Source of the DNA: Deltaproteobacteria bacterium
GTDB taxonomy: Bacteria; Myxococcota_A; UBA9160; SZUA-336
Direction: 5' to 3'
Length of the DNA stretch: 64,000 nucleotides
NCBI GenBank assembly: GCA_004356455.1
Contig: SMWZ01000147.1
Span: forward strand, 128-64,127
In this document: piece by piece, positions 9,422 through 18,209 of the stretch
Position numbering within the stretch: position 1 is the stretch's first letter
Layout of the letters: each line of letters starts with the position of its first letter
Program-made: the position numbers and the translations under genes
Notes under the pieces: generated by a model
The model's database searches: none
Told to the model about the DNA's origin: nothing
Seen by the model: only the letters and a program-made list of their open reading frames with translations

Positions 9422-10462
9422 CTACTGGCGGATGTCGGTGAGGATGCCGACGTCGCGCCAGCTCTGCTCGGTGCGCTCGGTGATCAGGCCCAGGCGCATC
9501 AGGTTCGGCACGACAGTGTGCATGTAGGCCTCGCTGTTGAGTTCGGTCCAGTTGGGGAGCTTGTGCGCGGTGCGCAGCAGCTCGTCGGGATCGATGTCGT
9601 ACTTGGGCCCCAGCGTCTGGAGCATGTCGAGCTGCTGATTCGCGTTCAGGGCTTCTAGTACAGCGAAGGCCCAGTCCTCCATCTGGTGCATCTTCTCCTC
9701 GCTCGCTTCGCGCACGCAGCGTCGCATGGTCAGGACGCCAAAGGCGGCGTGACGCGACTCGTCCTGCTCGACGCGTTTGAGGATCTCTCTGAACAGCGGG
9801 TTGAGCGTGTTCGAGCGCATGAAATCCATGATGCCAACGGCTATGCCCTCGAAGATCGTTTGCATCCCCAGGCACTTCATGTGGTAGCCCTTGACGCTCA
9901 GCAGCTCGTCCAGCAGGGTCTTCAAGGTTGCGCCGATGGGGTAGATCGTTCCCATCTTGCTGCTCAGGAAACGCGCAAACACCTCGTTGTGGCGCGCCTC
10001 ATCGTAGACCTGGTTGGAGGCGTACCACTTCTCGTCGGTCGTGGGGCAGAGGTTGGTAAGCTGGCCGCAGAGCTGCAGCGCCGCCTGCTCGCCGTGCAGC
10101 AGCTGCGAGATCACATAGCAGACCTCGTCGAACACGGCGGCCTTCTGCGTTGCCTCGTCCTTGCCCAGCATGCGGCAGGCGCTGCCGAGCAGGGTTGCTT
10201 CCGGTCGCATCAGCCAATCGTCTTTGGAGACGGGCGTATCCCAGTCGAGATCGGTCGCGGCGTTCCACTGGTGCTGCTTGCCCTTCTCGTAGAGTGCGCG
10301 CAGCTCCGCTACCTCGCTCCCGTACTCCCACTGCCAGTTGACGTTCGTGGCAGCGTCCACCTCCAGGTGATTGCGCAGACGCTCGATCTCGTCGGTATCG
10401 ACGAAATCGATCAGCTCGAATCCATCCAGCATGCGACGGTGGTCCGGGATCAGCTTCTCCAT
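9422..10462 (-). CDS. ferritin-like di-iron carboxylate protein (AurF/diiron-oxygenase-like)
   Basis: Two E...ExxH pairs: HGEQAAL / DEARHNEVF and FEGIAVG / QDESRHAAFG. Start ATG 10462 has an AGGGAGG RBS. It lies 13 nt downstream of the tetR stop. Confidence 0.7.
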   Translation of the reverse strand: MEKLIPDHRRMLDGFELIDFVDTDEIERLRNHLEVDAATNVNWQWEYGSEVAELRALYEKGKQHQWNAATDLDWDTPVSKDDWLMRPEATLLGSACRMLGKDEATQKAAVFDEVCYVISQLLHGEQAALQLCGQLTNLCPTTDEKWYASNQVYDEARHNEVFARFLSSKMGTIYPIGATLKTLLDELLSVKGYHMKCLGMQTIFEGIAVGIMDFMRSNTLNPLFREILKRVEQDESRHAAFGVLTMRRCVREASEEKMHQMEDWAFAVLEALNANQQLDMLQTLGPKYDIDPDELLRTAHKLPNWTELNSEAYMHTVVPNLMRLGLITERTEQSWRDVGILTDIRQ

Positions 10463-10475
10463 CGGAAAGACCTCC

Positions 10476-11129
10476 CTAGGCGGGCTCGGCCGCGAGCCCA
10501 TGCTCGAGAAACAGAAAGATGTGCTGTTTGCGACGGCGTACCTCCGCCGCTGAGTACACGGGGTGCTGGAGCAGGTCATCTCCAAACTCCCCCGACGCGA
10601 AGTGGTAGACGCTCATGCCGATCAGCGTCTGAAGCGTGTGCGGCACCGAGACGGGGCGGATCTCGCCCGCTGCAATGCCCTCCTTCAGCGCGCGCGCCAC
10701 GCGACTCAGTATGCGTTCCAGGATTCCGTTCAGATGCGCCCGGTCCTTGCGGTCGACCACGTCGCCCTCGAACAGCGTCCGCAGAAGCAGCGGTGCGTAG
10801 GTGGGGTTCTCGGCCAGGGTATCGACCACCACGTCCACCCAGTTCCGGAGCTTCGCCAGTGCCGACTCGGGGCGCTCTTGTACGGCCTCGAGGCGCTCAT
10901 CCATCCGCGTCAGGATGCGCTCGAGCACCGCCACATAGAGCGAGAGCTTGGTGGGAAAGTGGTGGAAGAGGGAGGACTTTCCCAGCCCGACCTTTTGGGC
11001 CACCTCGCGCAGGCCGACGCCGCTGAAGCCGCGGGCCGCAAACAGCGCCTCGGCGCTGTCGAGGATCTTCGCGCGGCTCGAGGGACCGGCCTTGGTCACG
11101 GGCTTGGGGGTGGGATTGTCAGCGCTCAT
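10476..11129 (-). CDS. TetR/AcrR-family transcriptional regulator
   Basis: N-terminal HTH: ILDSAEALFAARGFSGVGLREVAQKVGLGKSSLFHHFPTK. Confidence 0.9.
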   Translation of the reverse strand: MSADNPTPKPVTKAGPSSRAKILDSAEALFAARGFSGVGLREVAQKVGLGKSSLFHHFPTKLSLYVAVLERILTRMDERLEAVQERPESALAKLRNWVDVVVDTLAENPTYAPLLLRTLFEGDVVDRKDRAHLNGILERILSRVARALKEGIAAGEIRPVSVPHTLQTLIGMSVYHFASGEFGDDLLQHPVYSAAEVRRRKQHIFLFLEHGLAAEPA

Positions 11130-11146
11130 GCGGGCCCTCGGACCGA

Positions 11147-11158
11147 CCGACCGGTCGG
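11147..11158. promoter_or_regulatory. perfect 12-bp palindrome CCGACCGGTCGG, candidate TetR operator
   Basis: Located 18 nt upstream of the tetR start (11129), in the 105-bp divergent intergenic region shared with the AAA+ operon. Confidence 0.4.
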
Positions 11159-11234
11159 ACGGGAAGCTTATCGGCTGCGTTTTCTGAGGTCAAGCGCCGG
11201 CTGGGCCTGCTTCCGGTATGCTCCGCGCCGCCCC

Positions 11235-13034
11235 ATGACAGAGAAAGCCATCTCCGCCCTGGCCGCCGCGCTGGACCGCGCGCTGGTGGGGCAGGAGGAC
11301 GCCAAGACCGGCGTGCTGCTGGCCCTGCTTGCGCGCGAGCACGCCTACCTCGAGGGCCCGCCGGGAGTGGGGAAGTCCCGGCTGGCCGAAGCCGGCGTGC
11401 ACGCCGCCAGCGGGTCGCCGATCCAGCTCGCCCTGCACCGCGACACGCGGCTCCAGGACCTGGTGGGGCCCGTGCAGCTGCGGCGCGAGCCTTACGGGGA
11501 AGGGCAACGCCTGCGGCACCAGACCTTGCCGGGACCGCTGCTAGGGGCGGAGCTGGTGCTGCTGGATGATCTCGATCGGGCCCCGGCGCAGGCGCTGGGT
11601 CCGCTGCTCCGCATCCTTGGCGAGCGCTGCTGGCAGGGTCAGGCGTTGCCCCTCGAGTCCGTCATCGCTACCGGGGGGCCCGAGCGGATCGACGCCTATG
11701 CGGATCCACTCGAGCCCGGCTCACTCGATCGCTTCGCGATTCAGGTGCGCATGCCAGGCTTACTCTACGCGCAGCGCTGGGACTGCGCGCGCGTGCTGCT
11801 CGAGGGGAGGGTGGAGCTCTCGCCGGGACCGGTCATCGACCTCTGTACACGCAGACGGCTGCAGGAGCAGGCGCGGCGCTTACCGATGCCGCGCTCGGTC
11901 CAGCGGGCATACGTGGACCTGGTGCTACGGCTGCAACGGTTTGCGGCCGGCGGCATGCCTCTCAGTGATCGGACCTTCGGCCGTGCCGCGCTGCGCGTGC
12001 TGCGGGCGCACGCGCTGCTGCGCGGTGCCTCGCGGGTGGAGCGCACGGATCTGCGCGCGCTGCGCTACATGCTCGGGCGCCGCCTGCCCGACCTGACCCG
12101 CGACCAGTTTGAGGAGCTGCTGGCGGAGGCCGGGCGACCCGCCGCGCCATGGCTGGGGCCTTCCGCCGCCGCTGCGGGTGCGGCCTGGGGCGCGGCCGGC
12201 GCGGCCGGCGCCGAGGCCATCCGGGCCCGCGCGGGCCGGGTGCGCAGCTGGGAGCTCCAGCCGGGCGCGCGCGCTCCGGGGATGGACGAGGCGCAGGTGG
12301 AGCGGGTGCTGCGTGCGCTCGAGGGACGCTTCGAGCGTGGCTACGCGGGCCTGGAGGAGGATCCCGGGGGCTCGCCCCGCAGCTATCGGACACTGCGCGG
12401 GCTGGACGAGGTCTTCGATGCCGACCCGGTCGAGCTGATCGGCTACCTGGACGGGACGCGCCCCGGCCTGCCGCGCAGCTTCCGCCGCGAGCGCAGACGG
12501 GCGGGCGGCCAGGTCGCGCTCCTGCGTGACGTCTCGGCTTCGATGGAGGGAAGGCTCGGCCGCTGGGCGGGGCGGGTGGTCGCGGGCCTGGTGCGTGCCG
12601 GGGCGCGCCGACGCATGCGCATCGGCTACGTAGAGTTTAATCACGATGCCCGCCGCTTTCACGCCGGCGGGCGCTTCTTTCATCGCCGCTACACCAGCCT
12701 GCTCGAGCTGGCCGCGTCCTCGCGGGCGGCCGGGCGCACCAGCTACCAGGCGCCACTCCAGGTTGCGCTGAACGAGTTCCGCGCACGCGCCGGGCGCAAC
12801 CGACACATTGTGCTGTTGACGGACGGGGTGCCGGTGCTGGGCGACCCCGAGGTGCGGCGCGAGCGCACGCTGGCGCGGCGCCTGGGCGTGCAGGTGCACA
12901 CCGTGTTCCTGGGCTTGGGCGAGCACCCGCCCGTGCTGGACGCGATCGCACGCGAGACGGGAGGGCTCTGCTTCGTCGGGCAACCCAGGCCCGGCGGCGG
13001 CTTGCGGGTGCTCGGGCTGGGCGAGGGAACATGA
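11235..13034 (+). CDS. MoxR-like AAA+ domain fused to a C-terminal vWA domain (BchD-like architecture)
   Basis: GPPGVGKS Walker A, LLDDLDRAP Walker B (DD rather than DE), an Ala/Gly-rich linker, then a vWA domain with DVSASM (DxSxS), GRTSY and LLTDG. True start is ATG 11235. The tracked ORF from 10563 is antisense to tetR. Confidence 0.8.
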   Translation: MTEKAISALAAALDRALVGQEDAKTGVLLALLAREHAYLEGPPGVGKSRLAEAGVHAASGSPIQLALHRDTRLQDLVGPVQLRREPYGEGQRLRHQTLPGPLLGAELVLLDDLDRAPAQALGPLLRILGERCWQGQALPLESVIATGGPERIDAYADPLEPGSLDRFAIQVRMPGLLYAQRWDCARVLLEGRVELSPGPVIDLCTRRRLQEQARRLPMPRSVQRAYVDLVLRLQRFAAGGMPLSDRTFGRAALRVLRAHALLRGASRVERTDLRALRYMLGRRLPDLTRDQFEELLAEAGRPAAPWLGPSAAAAGAAWGAAGAAGAEAIRARAGRVRSWELQPGARAPGMDEAQVERVLRALEGRFERGYAGLEEDPGGSPRSYRTLRGLDEVFDADPVELIGYLDGTRPGLPRSFRRERRRAGGQVALLRDVSASMEGRLGRWAGRVVAGLVRAGARRRMRIGYVEFNHDARRFHAGGRFFHRRYTSLLELAASSRAAGRTSYQAPLQVALNEFRARAGRNRHIVLLTDGVPVLGDPEVRRERTLARRLGVQVHTVFLGLGEHPPVLDAIARETGGLCFVGQPRPGGGLRVLGLGEGT

Positions 13035-13996
13035 ACGCGGGGCTCGAGGGTCTACGAAAAGTTCTCGACGAGCACGTCGTGGGGCACGAGGAGGTGAAGC
13101 AAGCGCTGCTGCTCGGCCTGGCCTGTCGCGAACACATCTATCTGGAGGGACCTCCCGGCAGCGCCAAGACGCGCATGGCGGAGGTGGTCGCACGCAGCTC
13201 GAGCCTAAGCTTCTTCTTCTATCAGCTCCACCGGGATACGCGCCTGGCCGAGTTGCTGGGCGATGTGGTCCTCGAGCGCCGGCCGTTGGCCGAGGGCGAA
13301 GGAGAACGCATCCATCAACGCATCGAGCCCGGCGGTATCCTGACGGCGGAGATCTGTGTCCTGGATGACATCTCGCGCGCGCCCGGCGAGGCGCTCAACG
13401 TGCTGCTGAGGATCCTCAACGAGCGAAAGTTCGGCGCCGATTCGATTCCCCTCCTCAGCGCCATCGCCACCAGCAACCCCATGCGCGATGAGTACTACAA
13501 CGAGCCCCTGGACCCTGCGAATCTCGACCGCTTCGCGCTGCAGCTGCGGGTGCCGGGCTTGATCCAGTCGGGCGCGAAGGAGGAGGCGCGTGCCCTGGTG
13601 AGCCGCTTTGCAGCCGGTACGGTGGTCGAGCAACCCGAGCTCCGAGCGGTGGCCAGCCGCCGGACCTTCGACGACCTCTACGCCACGCTCCGCAGGGTTC
13701 AGGTTCCGAGCGAGGTCAAGGAAGGCCTGCTGGAGATCTTGCAAGTGCTCGTGGTCGAGTATGGTTGCAATGAGACGAACTCGCTGCTCACCGATCGCAG
13801 CTTTCTGGTGAAGGCGGTCAAGCTGCTGCAGGGTCGCGCGGCGCTCGCGGGTCGGGAGCGGGTGGAGCTGGCGGACCTGGACGTGCTGCGTTGGATGACG
13901 ACCTTCCGCGTCGCGGAGGAGGTCCACGAGAAGGTTCCCGAGCTGATTGCCCGCGTGGTCGGGAGTGCCGGTGCGCGCCCTGCCCGCGACAGCTAA
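13031..13996 (+). CDS. MoxR-family AAA+ ATPase, paralogous to the N-terminal half of 11235-13034
   Basis: GPPGSAKT Walker [10 protein letters not shown] Walker [11 protein letters not shown] sensor region. It aligns block by block with the upstream gene. ATGA start/stop overlap at 13031-13034. Confidence 0.85.
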   Translation: MNAGLEGLRKVLDEHVVGHEEVKQALLLGLACREHIYLEGPPGSAKTRMAEVVARSSSLSFFFYQLHRDTRLAELLGDVVLERRPLAEGEGERIHQRIEPGGILTAEICVLDDISRAPGEALNVLLRILNERKFGADSIPLLSAIATSNPMRDEYYNEPLDPANLDRFALQLRVPGLIQSGAKEEARALVSRFAAGTVVEQPELRAVASRRTFDDLYATLRRVQVPSEVKEGLLEILQVLVVEYGCNETNSLLTDRSFLVKAVKLLQGRAALAGRERVELADLDVLRWMTTFRVAEEVHEKVPELIARVVGSAGARPARDS

Positions 13997-14009
13997 CATC
14001 GCGCGCGTC

Positions 14010-14429
14010 GTGGAGCGGACTCTGTCCATCATCAAGCCCGAGGTGGTTGCGCGAAACCAGATCGGGGCGATTCTGCAGCACGTCGAGCAAACGGGGCTGC
14101 GGATCGTGGCGACGCGCATGCTCCAGCTGGATCGCCGCCAGGCCGAGGGCTTCTACGACGTGCACCGCGAGCGGCCTTTCTTCCAGAGCCTGGTCCAGTT
14201 CATGACATCCGGTCCCGTCGTGGTCAGCGTGCTCGAAGGCGACGACGCGATCGCGCGCTATCGCAAGCTCATGGGGGCCACAGACCCGGAGCAGGCCGAT
14301 GCGGGCACCCTGCGCAAGCTCTTCGGAACGAACGTGGAGCACAACGCTGTCCATGGCTCGGACGCCCCTGACACTGCCCGCACCGAGGTCGCCTACTTCT
14401 TCGGCGAAGCCGACCTCGTCCCCCGCTAG
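14010..14429 (+). CDS. ndk: nucleoside-diphosphate kinase
   Basis: [21 protein letters not shown] and NAVHGSD motifs. Start set at GTG 14010 to match the usual [11 protein letters not shown]-terminus. Confidence 0.92.
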   Translation: MERTLSIIKPEVVARNQIGAILQHVEQTGLRIVATRMLQLDRRQAEGFYDVHRERPFFQSLVQFMTSGPVVVSVLEGDDAIARYRKLMGATDPEQADAGTLRKLFGTNVEHNAVHGSDAPDTARTEVAYFFGEADLVPR

Positions 14430-14466
14430 CGCCCAAGGCCCAAAGGCAAGCCCCACTAACGCCATC

Positions 14467-14540
14467 CAAGGCACGCACGAAGTCGCGTGCCGCGCGCGCA
14501 GGCCGGCTTGCCGGCCGATAACGCGCTAGTAACGCGCTAG
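14467..14540 (-). repeat. single inverted copy of the double-hairpin intergenic element (same family as 62622-62790), with an 11-bp TAACGCGCTAG duplication
   Basis: The reverse complement reads TAGCGCGTTA-TC-GGCCGG-CAAG-CCGGCC-TGCGCGCGC-GGCACGC(G)AC-TTC-GTGCGTGCC. Order and linkers match the 64-bp unit at 62.6 kb, but both stems carry different, compensating sequences. Confidence 0.75.
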
Positions 14541-14730
14541 GAGTAAGCCCCGGCGATGAGCACCATCAGGGCCAGGTAGGTCGCAACCAGGAGCAGGCTG
14601 CGGCGCAGCGACGGACGCCTCGTGTCTGAATCTACTGCTTCCCTCATGTCCCCCCCTTCGGCTAACACCCACTGGAGCTATAGCGCGTTGTGATGGAATG
14701 CGCCCTATCGGAGGCGAGAAAGTTGTCGCG

Positions 14731-15741
14731 TTAGCCTGAAGCCTCGGCGAACACGCGTTCGAGGTGGTCGGCCCCGCGCGCGATGGCCCACCAGAAGAAC
14801 GGAAAGAACTGGTAATGCCCGAGCGGCAGATGAATCCAGCGCGGCTCGCCCAGTGCGTGCCAGAGCGCACGCGTGTGCCGGGGACGGACCACGCGATCCA
14901 GGCGTCCGGATGCGATCAGCACGGTCCGGGGGTCGGTCCGGGCCGCGTAGGTGAGCGGGTCGACGATCTCCACGAAGGGGCGCAGGTACTCCAGAAAGGC
15001 CTCTCTTGTCTCGAGCGTGTGCTGTGTCTGAAGCCGCTCGCGGAAGATGCGTACGGGCCGTTCGGAGGAGTCGTACAGGATCTCGGGCAGCCCTCCGCCG
15101 ACCATCAGGAAGAAGCCGGCGTGGACCCGGGGATCGACCTGCATCAGGGTGAGCGCCAGCATGCCGCCCAGACTGACCCCGGCCGCGGCTACGCGCTCGG
15201 GGTCGAGCTGTGGATGGTTGAGTAGCCAGTCGAGCAGCCGGCGTGCATCCAGGATTGCGCTGCGGAAGTGCCGCGCCGGAACCTCGGCTCCTGGGGCCTG
15301 GTCCAGCTCGAGGTCGTGACGCTCCATGCGCGCCACGGCGAAGCGCCGCTTGACCAGCGCCTTGGCCAGCCCCTCCGAGACCACGTGGGAGCCCGCCAGG
15401 ATTGGGAACACGACCACTACCGGGTGGGGGCCGGGACCGGGCGGGATCAACAGGTGCGCGGTGGCCTCATCCCCCTGGCTACCCGGGTAGAGAATCCGGA
15501 AGGCGCGATAGTCGCGCGCGTGGAACAGGGTGTAGAGATCCAGGATCCAGTTCTGCTCGACCGTCCGACCTTCGGGCTGGACACGGACCTGCGAGAGATC
15601 CAGCGGCGCGGGCTCGAGCTCGGGAACCGGCTCGGGGGGCCGAGGGACCCGCTCGGGCTGCGGCTGCCACGAAGTGGTGGTGCAGGCTAGGCAAACGAGG
15701 AGCGCCGCGCCGAGAGCGCACCAGCGCTCCCCGTTTACCAC
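14731..15741 (-). CDS. alpha/beta-hydrolase lipoprotein
   Basis: Lipobox LVCLAC, nucleophile elbow GVSLGG, GTG start 19 nt downstream of the ftsZ stop. Confidence 0.8.
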   Translation of the reverse strand: MVNGERWCALGAALLVCLACTTTSWQPQPERVPRPPEPVPELEPAPLDLSQVRVQPEGRTVEQNWILDLYTLFHARDYRAFRILYPGSQGDEATAHLLIPPGPGPHPVVVVFPILAGSHVVSEGLAKALVKRRFAVARMERHDLELDQAPGAEVPARHFRSAILDARRLLDWLLNHPQLDPERVAAAGVSLGGMLALTLMQVDPRVHAGFFLMVGGGLPEILYDSSERPVRIFRERLQTQHTLETREAFLEYLRPFVEIVDPLTYAARTDPRTVLIASGRLDRVVRPRHTRALWHALGEPRWIHLPLGHYQFFPFFWWAIARGADHLERVFAEASG

Positions 15742-15760
15742 TGCTCTTCTCCCCCCCTGC

Positions 15761-16924
15761 CTAACCGGTCTGCTCGCGATCCTGACTCCCGCGACGAATG
15801 AACGCGGGTACGTCGTACTCCTCCTCGAAAGGCGACATGAAATCCTGGTCGTGGCGCGCGCTGGACGCGCTCAAGCCCGTGAGGCTCTGGCTCCCGGCCT
15901 CCTCCTGTCGCGCAGCGTGGATGGGCGTAACGTTGCCCGGAATGGTTTCGGAATCGCCGCGGCGACGCCGGCGCCTGGGGTCCGAGAGTCCGGTTGCGAT
16001 CACCGTGACGCGGATTTCCTCTTCCATTCCCTTCTGGACGACTGAGCCGAAGATGATGTTGGCATCCGCATGCGCCTGCTCCCGCACCAGCATGGCGGCC
16101 TCGTGAATCTCGTGCAGGGTCATGTCGGGCCCGCCGGTGATGTTGATCAGGATGCCGTGTGCGCCCTCGATGGAGAGCTCCTCCAGCAGTGGGTTCGAGA
16201 TGGCGGCCTGAGAGGCCAGGGTGGCCCGGTTCTCGCCGCTGGCCCGTCCCGTCCCCATGAGCGCCATCCCCATCTCGTTCATCACGGAACGTACGTCCGC
16301 GAAGTCCAGGTTGATCATACCGTGCACCGTGATCAGGTCGGAGATGCCCTGCACCGCGTTCAACAGCACCTCGTCCGCCAGCTCGAAGGCCTCTAGCAGC
16401 GAGGTATTCTTGGGCACCATCTGCAGCAGGCGATCGTTGGGGATGGTGATCAGGGTATCGACCACGTCATGCAGCACATCGATCCCTTCCTCGGCCTGCC
16501 GGCTGCGCACGGAGCCCTCGAACAGGAAGGGCTTGGTCACCACGGCGATTGTCAGCGCTCCGACCTCCTTCGCAACCTCGGCAACGACGGGCGCACCCCC
16601 GGTACCGGTGCCGCCGCCGAAGCCTGCGGTTATGAAGACCATGTCGGCATTGGCGAACTCCTCGCGCAGCCGGTCACGCGCTGCGTCCGCCGCCATCCGG
16701 CCGATGTTCGGATCGGCGCCGGCGCCGAGCCCTCGTTCCCCCAGCTGCACCTTCTTGGGAGCCAGATTCTCGGCTAGCGCCTGGGCATCGGTGTTTACGG
16801 AGAGAAAATCCATTCCGGTTAACCCCGACCTGATCATTGTATTGATGGCGTTTCCGCCGCCCCCGCCTACGCCTACTACCTTGATCCGGGCACGAGGCTC
16901 ACTGTCCTGATCCAACTTAATCAT
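15761..16924 (-). CDS. ftsZ: cell division protein FtsZ
   Basis: [30 protein letters not shown] and the C-terminal DVPAFIRR peptide. Start chosen at ATG 16924 (MIKLDQD), after GGGGGGGAAAGAG. The tracked ORF starts at TTG 16963. Confidence 0.95.
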   Translation of the reverse strand: MIKLDQDSEPRARIKVVGVGGGGGNAINTMIRSGLTGMDFLSVNTDAQALAENLAPKKVQLGERGLGAGADPNIGRMAADAARDRLREEFANADMVFITAGFGGGTGTGGAPVVAEVAKEVGALTIAVVTKPFLFEGSVRSRQAEEGIDVLHDVVDTLITIPNDRLLQMVPKNTSLLEAFELADEVLLNAVQGISDLITVHGMINLDFADVRSVMNEMGMALMGTGRASGENRATLASQAAISNPLLEELSIEGAHGILINITGGPDMTLHEIHEAAMLVREQAHADANIIFGSVVQKGMEEEIRVTVIATGLSDPRRRRRRGDSETIPGNVTPIHAARQEEAGSQSLTGLSASSARHDQDFMSPFEEEYDVPAFIRRGSQDREQTG

Positions 16925-16979
16925 CTCTTTCCCCCCCAATCGTGATTTTTTTCGCATGCTCAAAGTTCCTTCGAGCTCT

Positions 16980-18209
16980 TCAGCTCAGTTCACCTATGAA
17001 CCACTCGCGCATACGTGCGCGAACCTTCCGGAAAGTCGAGCCGTCGTACACGCGGAAGCGCGGCTTGGCTCTTTGCTTCGAACCGTAGAGCGCGAGCCCC
17101 ACGCTGGTGGCGAACTCGGGCCCCTGTACTCGGTCCACGAGTCCGCCCACCCCGCGTGGGATCCCACGTCGCACCGGTAGCTCGAATACCTCCTCCGCGA
17201 GCTCCGGCAATCGCTCCAGCGAGCTCGACCCGCCGGTTACGACCACCCCGGACGGAATCGAGTTAAGCAGGTCTGCGCGAGCCAGCTCATCGCGCACGAG
17301 CGTCAGGATCTCCTCGATACGGGGCTCGAGGAACTCGGAAAGCATCTTGCGGCTGATCTCGCGCGGCGCGCGGCCTCCGACGCTGGGCACCACGAGCAGC
17401 TCATCGGCGGCCAGGAAACGTGGAGCCGCACAGCCAAAGCGTCGCTTGATGCGCTCCGCCTGCTCGAAAGGGGTGCGTAGCCCCACAGCCGCATCGTTGG
17501 TCAGGTGGTAGCCGCCGAGCGAGAGCACGGCCGTATGCTTGATGGAGCCGTCCTGGAAGACGGCAAGATCGGTGGTGCCGCCGCCCATGTCGATCAGCGC
17601 CACGCCCAGCTGTTTTTCGTCGGGGGCGAGCACGGCTTCGCTCGAAGCCAGCGGCTCGAGTACGATATCGATTACGTTGAGTCCGGCGCGGTTGCAGCAC
17701 TTGATGATGTTCTGTACCGAGGTCACCGCCGCGGTCACGATGTGTACCTTCGCTGTGAGGCGAACGCCGGACATGCCACAGGGCTGCTTGATCTCATCCT
17801 GGCCATCGATCTCGTATTCTCGGGGGATCACGTGAATGACCTCGCGGTCCGCGGGAATCGCGATCGCCTGTGCTTGCTCGATCACCCGTTTGACGTCACC
17901 CGGCTTAACCTCATCGCCCTTGATGGCGATCATGCCGATCTCGTTGCGTGCCTCGATATGTCCACCGGCGATGCCCGCGTAAACGGAGTTGATCTCGCAG
18001 CCCGCCATGAGCTCCGCTTCATCGATCGCCTTGCGAATGGAGTCCACGGTTGCGTCGATATCGATCACGACCCCTTTGCGCAGGCCTCGCGACGGGGAAC
18101 CTCCGACCCCGATGATGTCGACAGTCTCGCCCGCGACCGTCGCGACCACCGCACAGATCTTGGTGGTCCCGATGTCGAGGCCTACGACCAGTTCTTCATG
18201 ACGAGCCAT
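16980..18209 (-). CDS. ftsA: cell division protein FtsA
   Basis: Actin-like ATPase motifs: [33 protein letters not shown]. Confidence 0.95.
   Translation of the reverse strand: MARHEELVVGLDIGTTKICAVVATVAGETVDIIGVGGSPSRGLRKGVVIDIDATVDSIRKAIDEAELMAGCEINSVYAGIAGGHIEARNEIGMIAIKGDEVKPGDVKRVIEQAQAIAIPADREVIHVIPREYEIDGQDEIKQPCGMSGVRLTAKVHIVTAAVTSVQNIIKCCNRAGLNVIDIVLEPLASSEAVLAPDEKQLGVALIDMGGGTTDLAVFQDGSIKHTAVLSLGGYHLTNDAAVGLRTPFEQAERIKRRFGCAAPRFLAADELLVVPSVGGRAPREISRKMLSEFLEPRIEEILTLVRDELARADLLNSIPSGVVVTGGSSSLERLPELAEEVFELPVRRGIPRGVGGLVDRVQGPEFATSVGLALYGSKQRAKPRFRVYDGSTFRKVRARMREWFIGELS

Noticed and set aside
9686-11026. 446-aa plus-strand ORF across the di-iron and tetR loci. Similar cases are 11925-13193 (422 aa, minus), 33324-34610 (428 aa, minus), 55488-56543 (351 aa, minus), 58098-59117 (339 aa, plus), 53007-54149 (380 aa, plus) and 60662-61879 (405 aa, minus).
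   Set aside because: Each is antisense to a gene with clear family motifs on the other strand. Each has low-complexity Arg/Ala/Gly/Pro composition and no motif of its own.
14526-14870. 114-aa minus-strand ORF spanning the hydrolase 3' end and the intergenic region
   Set aside because: It overlaps the alpha/beta-hydrolase gene out of frame and has Ser/Arg/Gly/Pro-rich composition. The region is better explained by the hydrolase gene plus the short membrane micro-ORF.
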